From the NCBI GenBank assembly GCA_964425515.1, contig CAYRNH010000002.1, forward strand, positions 1-34,133: a DNA stretch of 34,133 bases, given 5' to 3'. The position numbers and the translations under genes were made by a program. Positions 10,244 through 23,347 of the stretch are shown in pieces. Below the pieces are notes generated by a model. That model did not search any database. It worked only from the letters and a program-made list of their open reading frames with translations, and was not told the DNA's origin. This DNA is from an uncultured Thiotrichaceae bacterium (GTDB lineage: Bacteria > Pseudomonadota > Gammaproteobacteria > SZUA-229). Position 1 is the stretch's first letter. Every line of letters starts with the position of its first letter.

Positions 10244-11322
10244 TGGCCTTAAGACCTGTGCTGATTATGGCCGGTGGCACCGGAGGCCATGTGTTTCCGG
10301 CCCTGGCCGTTGCTGATGAACTGCGCACGCGCGGTGTGCCTGTGGTCTGGCTGGGTACGCAGGCCGGGATCGAAGCACGGCTGGTGCCGCAGGCGGGTTA
10401 TCCGATTGAGTGGCTCAGCATCAAAGGTCTGCGCGGCAAGAATCGGCTCAGTCAGTTATTAATACCGCTGCGTCTGGTGCTGGCCTGCGCTCAGGCTGCG
10501 AGCATACTGCGCCGCAGAAACCCTTGCGCGGTTCTGGGTATGGGGGGCTTTGCCTCCGGTCCCGGTGGTTTTATGGCCTGGCTGATGCGTCGACCCTTGT
10601 TAATACACGAACAAAATGCGGTCGCAGGTCTGACTAATCGTCTGCTGGCAAAGCTAACCAGGAATCGACTCGAAGCATTCCCCGGCGCGCTGGGAAAACA
10701 TGCAGAACACATTGGTAACCCGGTGCGTCGCGACATTATTGCGATCACAGTTCCCGAACAACGTCTGGCAACGCGCACCACAGCGATGCGTGTGCTTGTG
10801 GTGGGTGGAAGTCTGGGCGCGGTACGTCTCAATCAGATTATTCCGGAAGCACTGGCAAAAATGCGTGTTGATATCCGGCCGGAAGTGCATCATCAGACCG
10901 GACGGAACAATCTTGAAGCCGCGCGTGAGGCGTATCGTGAACACGGCGTCGAAGCCAGAGTCGATGCCTTTATCGATGACATGGCAGCAGCGTATGCCTG
11001 GGCGGATCTGGTGGTCTGTCGTGCAGGAGCCATGACGGTATTTGAATTAGCCGCGGCGGGTGTGGCCTCGATTTTAATTCCGTATCCGTACGCAGTGGAT
11101 GACCATCAGACCGCGAATGCAGCGTATCTGGTGGCAAAGGGTGCCGCGCTGATGCGTCAGCAAAACGAACTCAGCAGTGACTGGTTGTGTGAGCAGCTGA
11201 CCCGGTTCAGCGAACACCGCGAACATCTTACCGTGATGGCATGTGCCGCGCGTGCGCAGGCAAAACCCGACGCAGCGCGTGTGGTGGCTGATCGCTGCAT
11301 GGCGGCAGGAGGACTGGAATGA
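10240..11322 (+). CDS. murG: Lipid I N-acetylglucosaminyltransferase MurG
   Basis: The N-terminal motif [16 protein letters not shown] is diagnostic for MurG. 360 aa. Confidence 0.95.
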   Translation: MMALRPVLIMAGGTGGHVFPALAVADELRTRGVPVVWLGTQAGIEARLVPQAGYPIEWLSIKGLRGKNRLSQLLIPLRLVLACAQAASILRRRNPCAVLGMGGFASGPGGFMAWLMRRPLLIHEQNAVAGLTNRLLAKLTRNRLEAFPGALGKHAEHIGNPVRRDIIAITVPEQRLATRTTAMRVLVVGGSLGAVRLNQIIPEALAKMRVDIRPEVHHQTGRNNLEAAREAYREHGVEARVDAFIDDMAAAYAWADLVVCRAGAMTVFELAAAGVASILIPYPYAVDDHQTANAAYLVAKGAALMRQQNELSSDWLCEQLTRFSEHREHLTVMACAARAQAKPDAARVVADRCMAAGGLE

Positions 11323-12743
11323 ATACGCATGTGCACAGCGCGGATAATTTTATGCGACGTATTCATAAAGTGCATTTCGTCGGCATCGGTGGTGCGGGCA
11401 TGAGCGGTATTGCCGAAGTCATGCACACGCTTGGTTACGAGGTGAGTGGCTCGGACATGGCGAGTAATTCGGTGACGCGTAGATTGCAACAAATTGGTGT
11501 CAAAGTGTTTCAGGGGCATGCTGCTACGCACATCAGTGATGTTGATGTGGTGGTGACGTCCACAGCTATTGCTGCAAGCAATCCGGAAGTGGTGGCAGCG
11601 CGCGAACATCGCATTGCGGTGGTGCCGCGCGCAGAAATGCTGGCTGAGTTAATGCGTTTTAGTCATGGCATCGCGGTGGCTGGAACGCACGGTAAAACTA
11701 CGACGACTTCTCTGGTCGCCAGTGTGCTCGAAGAAGGCGGGCTGGATCCAACCTACGTCATTGGTGGCAAGCTCAATAGTTCCGCGACACACGCACGACT
11801 GGGCACCGGTCGCTTCCTGGTTGCGGAAGCCGATGAAAGCGATGCCTCATTTTTATATCTGCAGCCGATGATTTCTGTAGTAACCAATATCGATCATGAT
11901 CATCTGCCCACCTATCAGGGTGATTTCGAAAATCTTCGCCACGCCTTTGTAGAGTTTTTGCACCATCTGCCGTTTTACGGGCTGGCCGTAGTGTGTATCG
12001 ATGATGCAGTAGTGCGCGATCTACTACCTCAGATAACGCGGCCGTTCAGAAGTTATGGCACCGAACAGTCGGCCGATGTGCGCGCTTTCAATATTGTTGC
12101 CAAAGGCCTGCAAACACAGTTTGATGTCATGCTGCCAGATCGTACTGACGCATTAGCAATCACATTAAATATGCCCGGTATGCACAATGTGCTGAACTCT
12201 CTCGCTGCGATTACCATTGCGCACGAACTGGGTGTGGCTGATGCCGATATACAGTCAGCCCTGCAGCGCTTCGAAGGCATCGGTCGGCGTATCCAGTTGT
12301 ACGGCGAAATACAAATTCCTGGCGGCAGTATCAGCCTGGTCGATGACTACGGCCACCATCCCACCGAAGTCGCCGCGACCTTGCAGGCGGTGCGCGCGGG
12401 ATGGCCGGGCAAACGTCTAGTGGTGGCGTTCCAGCCGCACCGGTATACCCGGACGCGTGATCTGTTCGAAGACTTTACAAGTGTGCTCGCCGATATTGAT
12501 GTGCTGTTACTCACTGAAGTGTATTCCGCTGGTGAAGAAGTCATCCCCGGTGCGGATGGACGTGCACTGTGTGCAGCGATACGCGCGCGCGGCAAGGTGA
12601 ACCCGGTATTTGTCGAGAACATCGAAGACCTGGCTGGCGCGCTCAATGCAGTAGTGCAGGACGGTGATGTGGTGTTGACGCTGGGTGCGGGCAGCATCGG
12701 TCGGGTTTCCAGTGAGCTTGCTGACAAGATGAGGACAGCATGA
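11319..12743 (+). CDS. murC: UDP-MurNAc:L-Ala ligase MurC
   Basis: [16 protein letters not shown] and P-loop [10 protein letters not shown]. 474 aa. Confidence 0.95.
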   Translation: MNTHVHSADNFMRRIHKVHFVGIGGAGMSGIAEVMHTLGYEVSGSDMASNSVTRRLQQIGVKVFQGHAATHISDVDVVVTSTAIAASNPEVVAAREHRIAVVPRAEMLAELMRFSHGIAVAGTHGKTTTTSLVASVLEEGGLDPTYVIGGKLNSSATHARLGTGRFLVAEADESDASFLYLQPMISVVTNIDHDHLPTYQGDFENLRHAFVEFLHHLPFYGLAVVCIDDAVVRDLLPQITRPFRSYGTEQSADVRAFNIVAKGLQTQFDVMLPDRTDALAITLNMPGMHNVLNSLAAITIAHELGVADADIQSALQRFEGIGRRIQLYGEIQIPGGSISLVDDYGHHPTEVAATLQAVRAGWPGKRLVVAFQPHRYTRTRDLFEDFTSVLADIDVLLLTEVYSAGEEVIPGADGRALCAAIRARGKVNPVFVENIEDLAGALNAVVQDGDVVLTLGAGSIGRVSSELADKMRTA

Positions 12744-12744
12744 T

Positions 12745-15408
<2,664 letters not shown>

Positions 15409-15442
15409 ACATACAAATCATGCCCGTACGAGGTGTTAAATA

Positions 15443-16678
15443 ATGACAAAGAAGTCGGATAAAAATATGATTGTTGCGCTTGATATAGGCACATCAAAAG
15501 TAGTGGCGATAGTGGGTGAGATTACTGCTGACGGCGAGATCGAAATTGTCGGACTGGGGATGCATTCATCGCACGGTCTGAAAAAAGGTGTGGTGGTCAA
15601 TATCGAGTCTACCGTGCAATCCATACAGCGCGCAGTTGAAGAAGCTGAACTGATGGCAGGTGTTCAGATTCAGTCAGTGTATGCCGGCATCGCGGGCAGT
15701 CATATCCGTAGTCTGAATTCACACGGCATTGTCGCAATTCGTGAGCGCGAAGTGACCTCTGGCGACCTCGACCGAGTGATCGACGCCGCACGCGCAGTTG
15801 CGATCCCGGCCGACCAGCGCATCCTGCACATACTGCCGCAGGAATTTATTATTGATCAGCAGGAAGGTGTGCGCGAGCCGATTGGTATGTCGGGTGTACG
15901 CCTGGAGGCCAAGGTGCATCTGGTTACTGGCGCAGTTGGCGCTGCACAGAACATCATCAAGTGTATCAGGCGCTGCGGTCTTGAAGTCGACGATATTATT
16001 CTCGAGCAACTGGCGTCAAGCTATGCCGTGCTGACCGATGATGAAAAAGAACTGGGTGTATGTCTGGTCGATATCGGCGGCGGTACCACCGATATCGCGG
16101 TATTCACCGATGGCGCAATACGCCATACCGCAGTGATTCCCATTGCCGGTGATCAGGTCACCAATGATATTGCGGTGGCACTGCGTACACCGACTCAGTA
16201 TGCGAATGACATCAAAATTAAATATGCCTGCGCATTAAGGCAGCTAGCAAACCCCGAAGAGACAATCGAGGTGCCGAGTGTTGGCGAACGACCACCGCGA
16301 AAATTATCGCGACAGACGCTGGCTGAAGTGGTGGAGCCACGTTATGAGGAACTGTTGTCTTTGGTGCAGTCAGAGCTTCGTAAGAGCGGTTTTGAAGAAA
16401 TGATTGCTGCTGGAATTGTGCTTACCGGTGGCAGTTCAAAAATGGAGGGCGTGGTTGATCTGGCGGAAGAAATTTTCCATATGCCGGTTCGGCTTGGCGT
16501 TCCGCAATATGTATCGGGCTTGTCTGATGTTGTCAGGAATCCGATACATGCAACCGGTGTGGGTCTGCTCCTTTACGGCGAACAACATCGAAATTCATCC
16601 ATGGGGCACATGCTGGATAAGAATGGAGGCAGGACTGTGTTGGCACGAATGAAAAGCTGGTTTCAGGGTAACTTCTAA
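15443..16678 (+). CDS. ftsA: Cell division protein FtsA (actin-like ATPase)
   Basis: ALDIGTSKVVAIVGE and VDIGGGTTDIAVF phosphate-binding motifs. 411 aa. SD GAGGTG lies upstream. Confidence 0.95.
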   Translation: MTKKSDKNMIVALDIGTSKVVAIVGEITADGEIEIVGLGMHSSHGLKKGVVVNIESTVQSIQRAVEEAELMAGVQIQSVYAGIAGSHIRSLNSHGIVAIREREVTSGDLDRVIDAARAVAIPADQRILHILPQEFIIDQQEGVREPIGMSGVRLEAKVHLVTGAVGAAQNIIKCIRRCGLEVDDIILEQLASSYAVLTDDEKELGVCLVDIGGGTTDIAVFTDGAIRHTAVIPIAGDQVTNDIAVALRTPTQYANDIKIKYACALRQLANPEETIEVPSVGERPPRKLSRQTLAEVVEPRYEELLSLVQSELRKSGFEEMIAAGIVLTGGSSKMEGVVDLAEEIFHMPVRLGVPQYVSGLSDVVRNPIHATGVGLLLYGEQHRNSSMGHMLDKNGGRTVLARMKSWFQGNF

Positions 16679-16780
16679 ACAAGTCGGTCAGGCGGGTGGT
16701 GAAAGATATGAATAACAACAGAACAAAAATGATGCAACAAAACAAAATGATTTTAATAATTATTACAGGGGAGAACTGTC

Positions 16781-17905
16781 ATGTTTGAATTTATGGACTC
16801 TGTGGCGCAAGACGCTGTAATCAAGGTCATCGGTGTAGGCGGCGGCGGTGGTAATGCTGTTCAACACATGGTGAGTAGTGGAATCGAAGGTGTAGAGTTT
16901 ATCTGTGCGAATACCGATTCACAGGCTTTATCCAAAATGGACGGTGCCAAGTCTTTACAGATTGGCTGCAATATTACCAAGGGCCTGGGAGCGGGTGCGA
17001 CGCCAGAGATTGGTCATCAGGCGGCACTGGAAGATCGTGAGCTAATTCAGGAAGCGATCATGAATACCGACATGTTATTTGTTACTGCAGGCATGGGTGG
17101 CGGTACCGGTACCGGTGCTGCACCAGTGGTGGCACAGGTCGCGCGTGAAATGGGTATTCTGGTGGTCGGTGTTGTGACCAAGCCGTTTGCTTTTGAAGGC
17201 CCATCGCGAATGAAAATCGCGATGCACGGCATCAAGGAACTGACTCAGCACGTGGATTCATTGATCACTATTCCCAATGACAAACTGCTGGATGTCTATG
17301 GTCGTGACTTTGATCTGATGAATGCGTTTCGTGGTGCGAACGATGTGCTTTGTGGTGCAGTGCAGGGCATTACCGAACTGATCACCAATCCAGGTGTGAT
17401 CAATGTCGACTTTGCCGATGTGCGTACCGTGATGTCCAAGATGGGTATGGGTATGATGGGCACCGGCCGAGCACGTGGCGATAATCGTGCGCATGATGCT
17501 GCGACTTCTGCCATCGCCAGCCCCTTGCTCGAAGATGTCAATCTTTCAGGGGCACGCGGTATTCTGGTGAACGTTACCGGAGCCAATATGACCCTGGGTG
17601 AATTCCAGGATATCGGCGCAGTAGTGAATGCGTTTGCATCTGATGATGCCACCGTGGTGATGGGAACCGCGATAGATCCTTCACTGGAAGATGAACTTCG
17701 GGTCACCGTTGTTGCCACAGGTCTGGGCACACCGCCTATGGCCAAGCATCCGAAGCTGGTCAAGCCAGAAGCGAATGGTGTGGTTGATTTCGACAAGCTC
17801 TCTGAGCCGACCGTAATCCGTCGCAACCGTGCAGGGATCCAGGAAGATGAATACGACGAAGAAATGCTGGATATCCCTGCTTTTCTCCGTCGTCAGGCGG
17901 ATTAA
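16781..17905 (+). CDS. ftsZ: Cell division GTPase FtsZ
   Basis: The tubulin signature GGGTGTGAAP, VIGVGGGGGNAV and the C-terminal peptide DIPAFLRRQAD are all present. SD GGGGAG lies 7 nt upstream. Confidence 0.97.
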   Translation: MFEFMDSVAQDAVIKVIGVGGGGGNAVQHMVSSGIEGVEFICANTDSQALSKMDGAKSLQIGCNITKGLGAGATPEIGHQAALEDRELIQEAIMNTDMLFVTAGMGGGTGTGAAPVVAQVAREMGILVVGVVTKPFAFEGPSRMKIAMHGIKELTQHVDSLITIPNDKLLDVYGRDFDLMNAFRGANDVLCGAVQGITELITNPGVINVDFADVRTVMSKMGMGMMGTGRARGDNRAHDAATSAIASPLLEDVNLSGARGILVNVTGANMTLGEFQDIGAVVNAFASDDATVVMGTAIDPSLEDELRVTVVATGLGTPPMAKHPKLVKPEANGVVDFDKLSEPTVIRRNRAGIQEDEYDEEMLDIPAFLRRQAD

Positions 17906-18098
17906 GACAGATGTCTTAATATGGCTTTGATAAATATGTGACGCGGTTTTGATGAAATATCAACATTTCCCACCTATATAAGGATGGGTGTGGGATGTAT
18001 TTTATTGGTGCATCTTCCAATATGGACATTAAAGTGTGAAAATACCGGGCTTTACACAAGCCTTCTATGTGGCTATGTGAATTTATTCAGGAACTGAC

Positions 18099-19013
18099 TT
18101 GATTAAGCAAAGAACGCTCAAAAACGTGATCCGTGCGACCGGCGTAGGCCTGCACACTGGAGAAAAAGTATATTTGACTCTGCGGCCCGCCGCACCTGAT
18201 ACGGGTGTTGTGTTTCGACGCGTCGATGTCAATGAACCCGTGATCATCAAGGCGACCCACGATAATGTGGGTCCGACTACGCTGTCGACCACGCTGGAAC
18301 AGGACGGTGTCCGGGTTTCGACAGTCGAACATCTGCTTTCTGCGATGGCCGGTCTGGGCATCGATAATGCCTATGTTGATGTTAGCGCTCCGGAAGTGCC
18401 TATTATGGACGGAAGTTCTGGCCCCTTCGTATTTCTGATCCAGTCTGCAGGCATTGTTGAGCAGGAAGCCCCCAAGCGTTTCATCCGTATCAAAAAATCA
18501 ATCCAGGTTGAAGAAGCAGACAAATGGGCGCGATTCGATCCATTTGAAGGCTTTAAGGTCAGTTTTTCAATCGATTTTGATCACCCGGCATTCAAAGGTT
18601 GTCCCGGTAGTGCCGAGATTGATTTTTCCACCACCTCCTTTGTCAAGGAAATCAGCCGTGCACGCACCTTCGGCTTTATGAGCGACATTGAGCATTTGCG
18701 CAAGCAGAACCTGGTTCTGGGTGGCAGCATGGACAATGCTATCGTGGTCGATGAGTACCGCGTGCTCAATGAAGATGGTCTGCGCTACGAAGACGAATTC
18801 GTGAAACACAAAATTCTTGATGCCATCGGGGATCTCTACCTGCTGGGTCACAGCCTGATTGGCGCCTTCTCCGGTTACCGTTCCGGGCATGCATTAAACA
18901 ATAAACTGCTTAAAGCGCTGATCGCAGATGAGTCAGCCTGGGAAGAAGTTACCTTCGAAGATGCTGAAGCATCATCACCCATATCCTATACTCAGCCTAT
19001 ACAGGCATTTTAG
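18099..19013 (+). CDS. lpxC: UDP-3-O-acyl-GlcNAc deacetylase LpxC, TTG start
   Basis: [24 protein letters not shown] is nearly identical in pattern to the E. coli LpxC N-terminus. The first codon is TTG (18099-18101), with AGGA at 18089-18092 and an in-frame TGA at 18078-18080. Confidence 0.95.
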   Translation: MIKQRTLKNVIRATGVGLHTGEKVYLTLRPAAPDTGVVFRRVDVNEPVIIKATHDNVGPTTLSTTLEQDGVRVSTVEHLLSAMAGLGIDNAYVDVSAPEVPIMDGSSGPFVFLIQSAGIVEQEAPKRFIRIKKSIQVEEADKWARFDPFEGFKVSFSIDFDHPAFKGCPGSAEIDFSTTSFVKEISRARTFGFMSDIEHLRKQNLVLGGSMDNAIVVDEYRVLNEDGLRYEDEFVKHKILDAIGDLYLLGHSLIGAFSGYRSGHALNNKLLKALIADESAWEEVTFEDAEASSPISYTQPIQAF

Positions 19014-19447
19014 GAACTGGATTTACGCTGGTGCCGAGCGAGTTTTAACAGGGCGTTTTTAAGCGCCTCGTCGGAAATACAGGAAGCGGCCGAGGTGATC
19101 TGCTGACCCGCGCGCTGACTGAGCTGACGCCCGGTTGCAACAGTTTTGACAGTGCCTTTGCCAGGTGGCAGAGGCGCAGTAGCAAAGCGGCTTTTGATTT
19201 GAACATGCTGGATCTGGGCAATGTGTTGCCTGACAAGGGCAATAATGTCCGGAGCCAGCTGACGTAGACGTGTTGCCCATACGGGTGAGTCTGCCATGAT
19301 AATCAGCTCCTGCTGCTGAATACCGGTGACAGCATAGTGGTTGTCGCATTCCGGGGGCAGGTGCTGGCGTAACAGCAGAGTGAGCTTTTCATAGCGTCTG
19401 GAGCGTGCGAGCAGCACTGGGTCAAGCTGGCTGCACAGGGTTTTCAT
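19010..19447 (-). CDS. DUF721/DciA-like protein (145 aa)
   Basis: The size and the central segment [26 protein letters not shown] resemble the DUF721 (DciA) core as I recall it. It is convergent with lpxC, and the two stop codons overlap. The family assignment rests on recollection, not a search. Confidence 0.55.
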   Translation of the reverse strand: MKTLCSQLDPVLLARSRRYEKLTLLLRQHLPPECDNHYAVTGIQQQELIIMADSPVWATRLRQLAPDIIALVRQHIAQIQHVQIKSRFATAPLPPGKGTVKTVATGRQLSQRAGQQITSAASCISDEALKNALLKLARHQRKSSS

Positions 19448-19557
19448 GGCTCGGGACTCGTCATCATAACTGTCTGATAAATGTAAAAAATATACCTTGT
19501 TGACTAAACTCGACTGCCTACACAGCTAATTATCGGCAGTCCGGAAACGATCATACT

Positions 19558-20475
19558 ATGAATATCATTCTTTTAGGTAAATACAGAGGTCGACCACTGC
19601 GCTACCAGATTGGTAGTGGCTGGCAATTAGCACTCTGTGGCGCTATTTTTGCTGCCATTCTTGCCGGTGTCGGTGTAGAAGGCTATCGGCGGGGTGCGAG
19701 CGAAGGTGTCACCAGCCAGCTGGTACAGCTCAAGGCTGATTTGCAACACCAGCAGGACCTGATCAACAAAACACGCGTCTCTACAGAATCGAATCTTGAT
19801 GCGCTTTCCGCTCGTATGGGGCAGATGCAGGCACACGTCACTCGTATTAACGCGCTTGGTAAGCGCCTGATCAAAATTGCCAAGATAGATCCTGCTGAAT
19901 TTGATTTTGACAAGCTGCCAGGTTATGGCGGGCCTGCGGATGCAGACAGTAAAGATGTAAGTAGTACCACTAATTTTGAATCGGTACTCGATGACCTCAA
20001 TGAACAGCTGAGCAGCCGCGAGCAACAACTGGCCATTCTGGAAAATCTGATTGTTAAAAAACAGTTGCGGCACGAGTCCCGCCCATCAGGCAGGCCGGTC
20101 AAAAAAGGCTGGATTTCATCCTATTTTGGTATGCGCATAGATCCGTTCACCGGTAAGCTGGGAATGCATCCCGGGATTGATTTTGCGGGTAAGGAAGATA
20201 CCAAGGTCATAGCGGTAGCTAATGGTGTGGTGACCTGGGCGGGGCCGCGCGGCGGATATGGAAACCTGGTTCAGATTAATCACGGCAATGGCTATTCTAC
20301 TCGTTATGGCCACAATGACCGGATTCTGGTTCATGTTGGGGACGTGGTCAAAAAAGGTCAGGTGATCTCCCTGATGGGCTCAACCGGACGGTCTACCGGG
20401 CCCCATGTGCATTTCGAAGTACTGAAAAATGACCGCCAGATAAACCCTTTGTCATTTGTACAATCCAACGGTTGA
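19558..20475 (+). CDS. M23-family peptidoglycan metalloendopeptidase with N-terminal TM segment and coiled coil
   Basis: The M23 zinc/catalytic motifs are intact: HPGID (HxxxD), YGHN and HVHFE (HxH). The N-terminal hydrophobic segment is LALCGAIFAAILAGVGV, followed by heptad-rich Q/L regions. Confidence 0.88.
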   Translation: MNIILLGKYRGRPLRYQIGSGWQLALCGAIFAAILAGVGVEGYRRGASEGVTSQLVQLKADLQHQQDLINKTRVSTESNLDALSARMGQMQAHVTRINALGKRLIKIAKIDPAEFDFDKLPGYGGPADADSKDVSSTTNFESVLDDLNEQLSSREQQLAILENLIVKKQLRHESRPSGRPVKKGWISSYFGMRIDPFTGKLGMHPGIDFAGKEDTKVIAVANGVVTWAGPRGGYGNLVQINHGNGYSTRYGHNDRILVHVGDVVKKGQVISLMGSTGRSTGPHVHFEVLKNDRQINPLSFVQSNG

Positions 20476-20593
20476 AACGCTAGTCCAGGTCTCCATATAG
20501 TTGTGAACCTCTGAGCTTTCTCGGGCATAATACCGCCTTTATTTTTGCAACAGTTGCGCGCAGCAGTGCAGCTCTATCCAAATCAGCTTAAAA

Positions 20594-23320
20594 ATGATCA
20601 CAAAGTTTGTACGCAAGATAGTAGGTAGCCGCAACGACCGTCTGGTGAGAAATCATCGGAAAACAGTCCAGAAAATCAATCAGCTAGAGCCTGAGTTTGA
20701 AGCGCTGGACGATCAGGCGCTGGCTGCTAAAACCCTCGAATTTAAACAGCGTCTGCAAGAGGGCGCTACCCTGGATGATCTCCTGCCCGAAGCATTTGCC
20801 ACTGTACGCGAGGCCGGTAAACGTGTTCTCGGTATGCGTCATTTCGATGTTCAGCTGATTGGCGGTATGGTGCTGCACAGCGGCAAAATTGCCGAGATGC
20901 GTACCGGTGAAGGTAAAACCCTGGTGGCGACGCTGGCGGTTTACCTCAATGCACTTTCCGGCAAAGGTGTGCATGCTGTCACGGTCAATGATTATCTTGC
21001 CCAGCGCGATGCTGAATGGATGGGAAGACTCTACGGTTTTCTCGGCCTGACCACCGGCGTCAGCATCAGTGGTATGGATCCTGCTGCCAAGAAACAGGCG
21101 TACGCGGCAGACATCACTTACGGTACCAATAATGAATTTGGCTTTGATTATCTGCGCGATAACATGGCTTTCACCGCAGATGAAAAAGTACAGCGCGAAC
21201 TCAATTTCGCGGTAGTCGATGAAGTTGACTCGATTCTGATCGACGAAGCCAGAACCCCTCTGATTATTTCCGGTTCGGTCGACGACAACACGGAGCTGCA
21301 CTATAAATTCCGCGACATCGTCAAAAAGCTGGAGATTGGCAGGCATCGCGAAACCAAGGAAGAAGAAGAGGAAGGCGATTACTCGATCGAAGAAAAGCAT
21401 CGCACGGTACACATCACTGAACAGGGACATCAGAAGGTTGAGAAGATCCTGGTAGAAGAAGGCATTCTCGGCCCGGAAGACAACCTGTATAGCGCTACCA
21501 ATATCAACCTGGTGCATTATCTTAATGCGGCGCTACGTGCACTCGCGCTGTTCCAGCGTGATGTGCATTACATCGTAGAGAACAACGAGGTCATCATTGT
21601 AGATGAATTCACCGGCCGTACCATGGCCGGTCGACGCTGGTCGGATGGTCTGCACCAGGCTATCGAAGCTAAAGAAGGCGTGGAAATTCAGAAAGAAAAC
21701 CAGACCCTGGCCTCGATTACTTTCCAGAATTATTTCAGGCTTTACAACAAACTTTCCGGTATGACCGGTACCGCTGATACCGAAGCGACCGAGTTACTGC
21801 AAATTTACAACCTGGAAGTCGTGATTATTCCTACCAACAGAGCAATGGTCCGCATTGATAATGTGGATCAGGTGTATCTGACTGCGGATGAAAAATTTGA
21901 AGCCGTGATCGAAGATGTACGCGGTTGCGTTGCTCGCAAACAGCCGGTGCTGGTGGGTACTGCCTCTATCGAAGTTTCCGAACGTCTTTCGGCTATGCTG
22001 AATAAAGCAAAGATCAAGCACAATGTGCTCAATGCCAAACAGCACGAAAACGAAGCGCATGTGGTCGAGAATGCGGGTATGCCGGGTGCAGTCACGATCG
22101 CGACCAATATGGCCGGTCGTGGTACCGATATTGTGCTCGGCGGTAATCTCGAAGCCGAATTCGCGACAAAGCCGGATGCGAGTAAAGCCGAAATCGAACA
22201 GATGCGTGCCGACTGGGAAAAGCGTCACCAGCAGGTACTGGAATCAGGTGGTCTGCACGTGATTGGCAGTGAACGCCACGAATCGAGACGTATCGACAAT
22301 CAGTTACGTGGACGTTCCGGGCGCCAGGGCGACCCGGGTTCGAGTCGTTTTTATCTATCGCTGGAAGATGATCTGATGCGCATTTTCGCGTCTGATCGTG
22401 TTGGCGGTTTGATGAAAAAACTCGGTATGCAGCGTGGTGAAGCGATCGAGCATCCGTGGGTGAATCGTGCGATCGAAAATGCACAGCGCAAAGTAGAAGG
22501 ACATAACTACGATATTCGCAAGAACCTGCTGGAATACGACGATGTCTCCAATGATCAGCGTAAAGTTGTGTACGCACAGCGCAATGAGATGATGGCATCG
22601 ACCGATCTTTCGGGGATGGTAAAAGCGATTCGTGAAGATGTGATCGGTCACATGTTCAATGAGTACATTCCGCCAGGCAGCCTTGATGAACAATGGAATG
22701 TCAGTGGTCTGGAAGAAGCAATTTATAATGAGATGGGCTCACAGTTACCACTTGCACAGTGGCTGGATGAAGACGACACTCTGACCGCAGAAGGGCTGCA
22801 GGACAGAATTATTGAAACGCTGAACGAAACTTATCAGGTCAAGGAAGATATTGTTAGCGCTGAAGCGATGCGTAATTATGAAAAATTCATTCTTCTGAGC
22901 GTACTCGACAAACTCTGGAAGGAACATCTTGCGGCGATGGATTATTTGCGTCAGAGCGTACATCTACGCGGCTATGCGCAAAAAGATCCTAAACAGGAAT
23001 ACAAACGCGAAGCCTTCGAGATGTTTTCTGAAATGCTCGATCGCATTAAACACGAAGCGATATCCTTGCTCACCAAAGTTGAAATCCAGGCGCCGGAAGA
23101 AGTTGAGCAAATTGAAGAACAGGCCAGGCAACAGCCGCAGGATGTGCATTATCAGCATCAGCAGGCAGACGGTATGGCTGGCGGAGAAGCCCAGGCTGAG
23201 AATGCTCAACAGCCACCGCCTCAGCAACCTATCGTGGCTGAAAAGAAACCTGGCAGAAACGAGCCCTGTTATTGCGGTTCTGGCAAGAAATACAAACACT
23301 GTCATGGTAAATTGACCTGA
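20594..23320 (+). CDS. secA: Preprotein translocase ATPase SecA
   Basis: 908 aa with GSRNDR near the N-terminus, Walker [29 protein letters not shown], and the C-terminal zinc motif [14 protein letters not shown]. Confidence 0.97.
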   Translation: MITKFVRKIVGSRNDRLVRNHRKTVQKINQLEPEFEALDDQALAAKTLEFKQRLQEGATLDDLLPEAFATVREAGKRVLGMRHFDVQLIGGMVLHSGKIAEMRTGEGKTLVATLAVYLNALSGKGVHAVTVNDYLAQRDAEWMGRLYGFLGLTTGVSISGMDPAAKKQAYAADITYGTNNEFGFDYLRDNMAFTADEKVQRELNFAVVDEVDSILIDEARTPLIISGSVDDNTELHYKFRDIVKKLEIGRHRETKEEEEEGDYSIEEKHRTVHITEQGHQKVEKILVEEGILGPEDNLYSATNINLVHYLNAALRALALFQRDVHYIVENNEVIIVDEFTGRTMAGRRWSDGLHQAIEAKEGVEIQKENQTLASITFQNYFRLYNKLSGMTGTADTEATELLQIYNLEVVIIPTNRAMVRIDNVDQVYLTADEKFEAVIEDVRGCVARKQPVLVGTASIEVSERLSAMLNKAKIKHNVLNAKQHENEAHVVENAGMPGAVTIATNMAGRGTDIVLGGNLEAEFATKPDASKAEIEQMRADWEKRHQQVLESGGLHVIGSERHESRRIDNQLRGRSGRQGDPGSSRFYLSLEDDLMRIFASDRVGGLMKKLGMQRGEAIEHPWVNRAIENAQRKVEGHNYDIRKNLLEYDDVSNDQRKVVYAQRNEMMASTDLSGMVKAIREDVIGHMFNEYIPPGSLDEQWNVSGLEEAIYNEMGSQLPLAQWLDEDDTLTAEGLQDRIIETLNETYQVKEDIVSAEAMRNYEKFILLSVLDKLWKEHLAAMDYLRQSVHLRGYAQKDPKQEYKREAFEMFSEMLDRIKHEAISLLTKVEIQAPEEVEQIEEQARQQPQDVHYQHQQADGMAGGEAQAENAQQPPPQQPIVAEKKPGRNEPCYCGSGKKYKHCHGKLT

Positions 23321-23347
23321 TTCTTTAACTACACGTTCAGGTGTCGC

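Noticed and set aside
16708-16788. 26-codon mini-ORF (MNNNRTKMMQQNKMILIIITGENCHV) in the ftsA-ftsZ spacer, overlapping the ftsZ start
   Set aside because: It has no SD, and its composition simply reflects the A-rich leader. I treat the region as a regulatory leader (see findings), not as a coding sequence.
17296-17826. 176-aa ORF antisense to ftsZ
   Set aside because: It is a Ser/Thr/Ala/Pro-rich mirror of the Gly/Ala/Val-rich FtsZ frame. This is a classic antisense shadow ORF with no independent signals.
20684-21517. 277-aa ORF antisense to secA, the longest non-annotated ORF in the window
   Set aside because: It lies entirely inside the unambiguous secA reading frame. Its translation has no recognisable motifs, and I identified no start-site signals. 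It looks like an ordinary shadow ORF produced by codon bias on the opposite strand.
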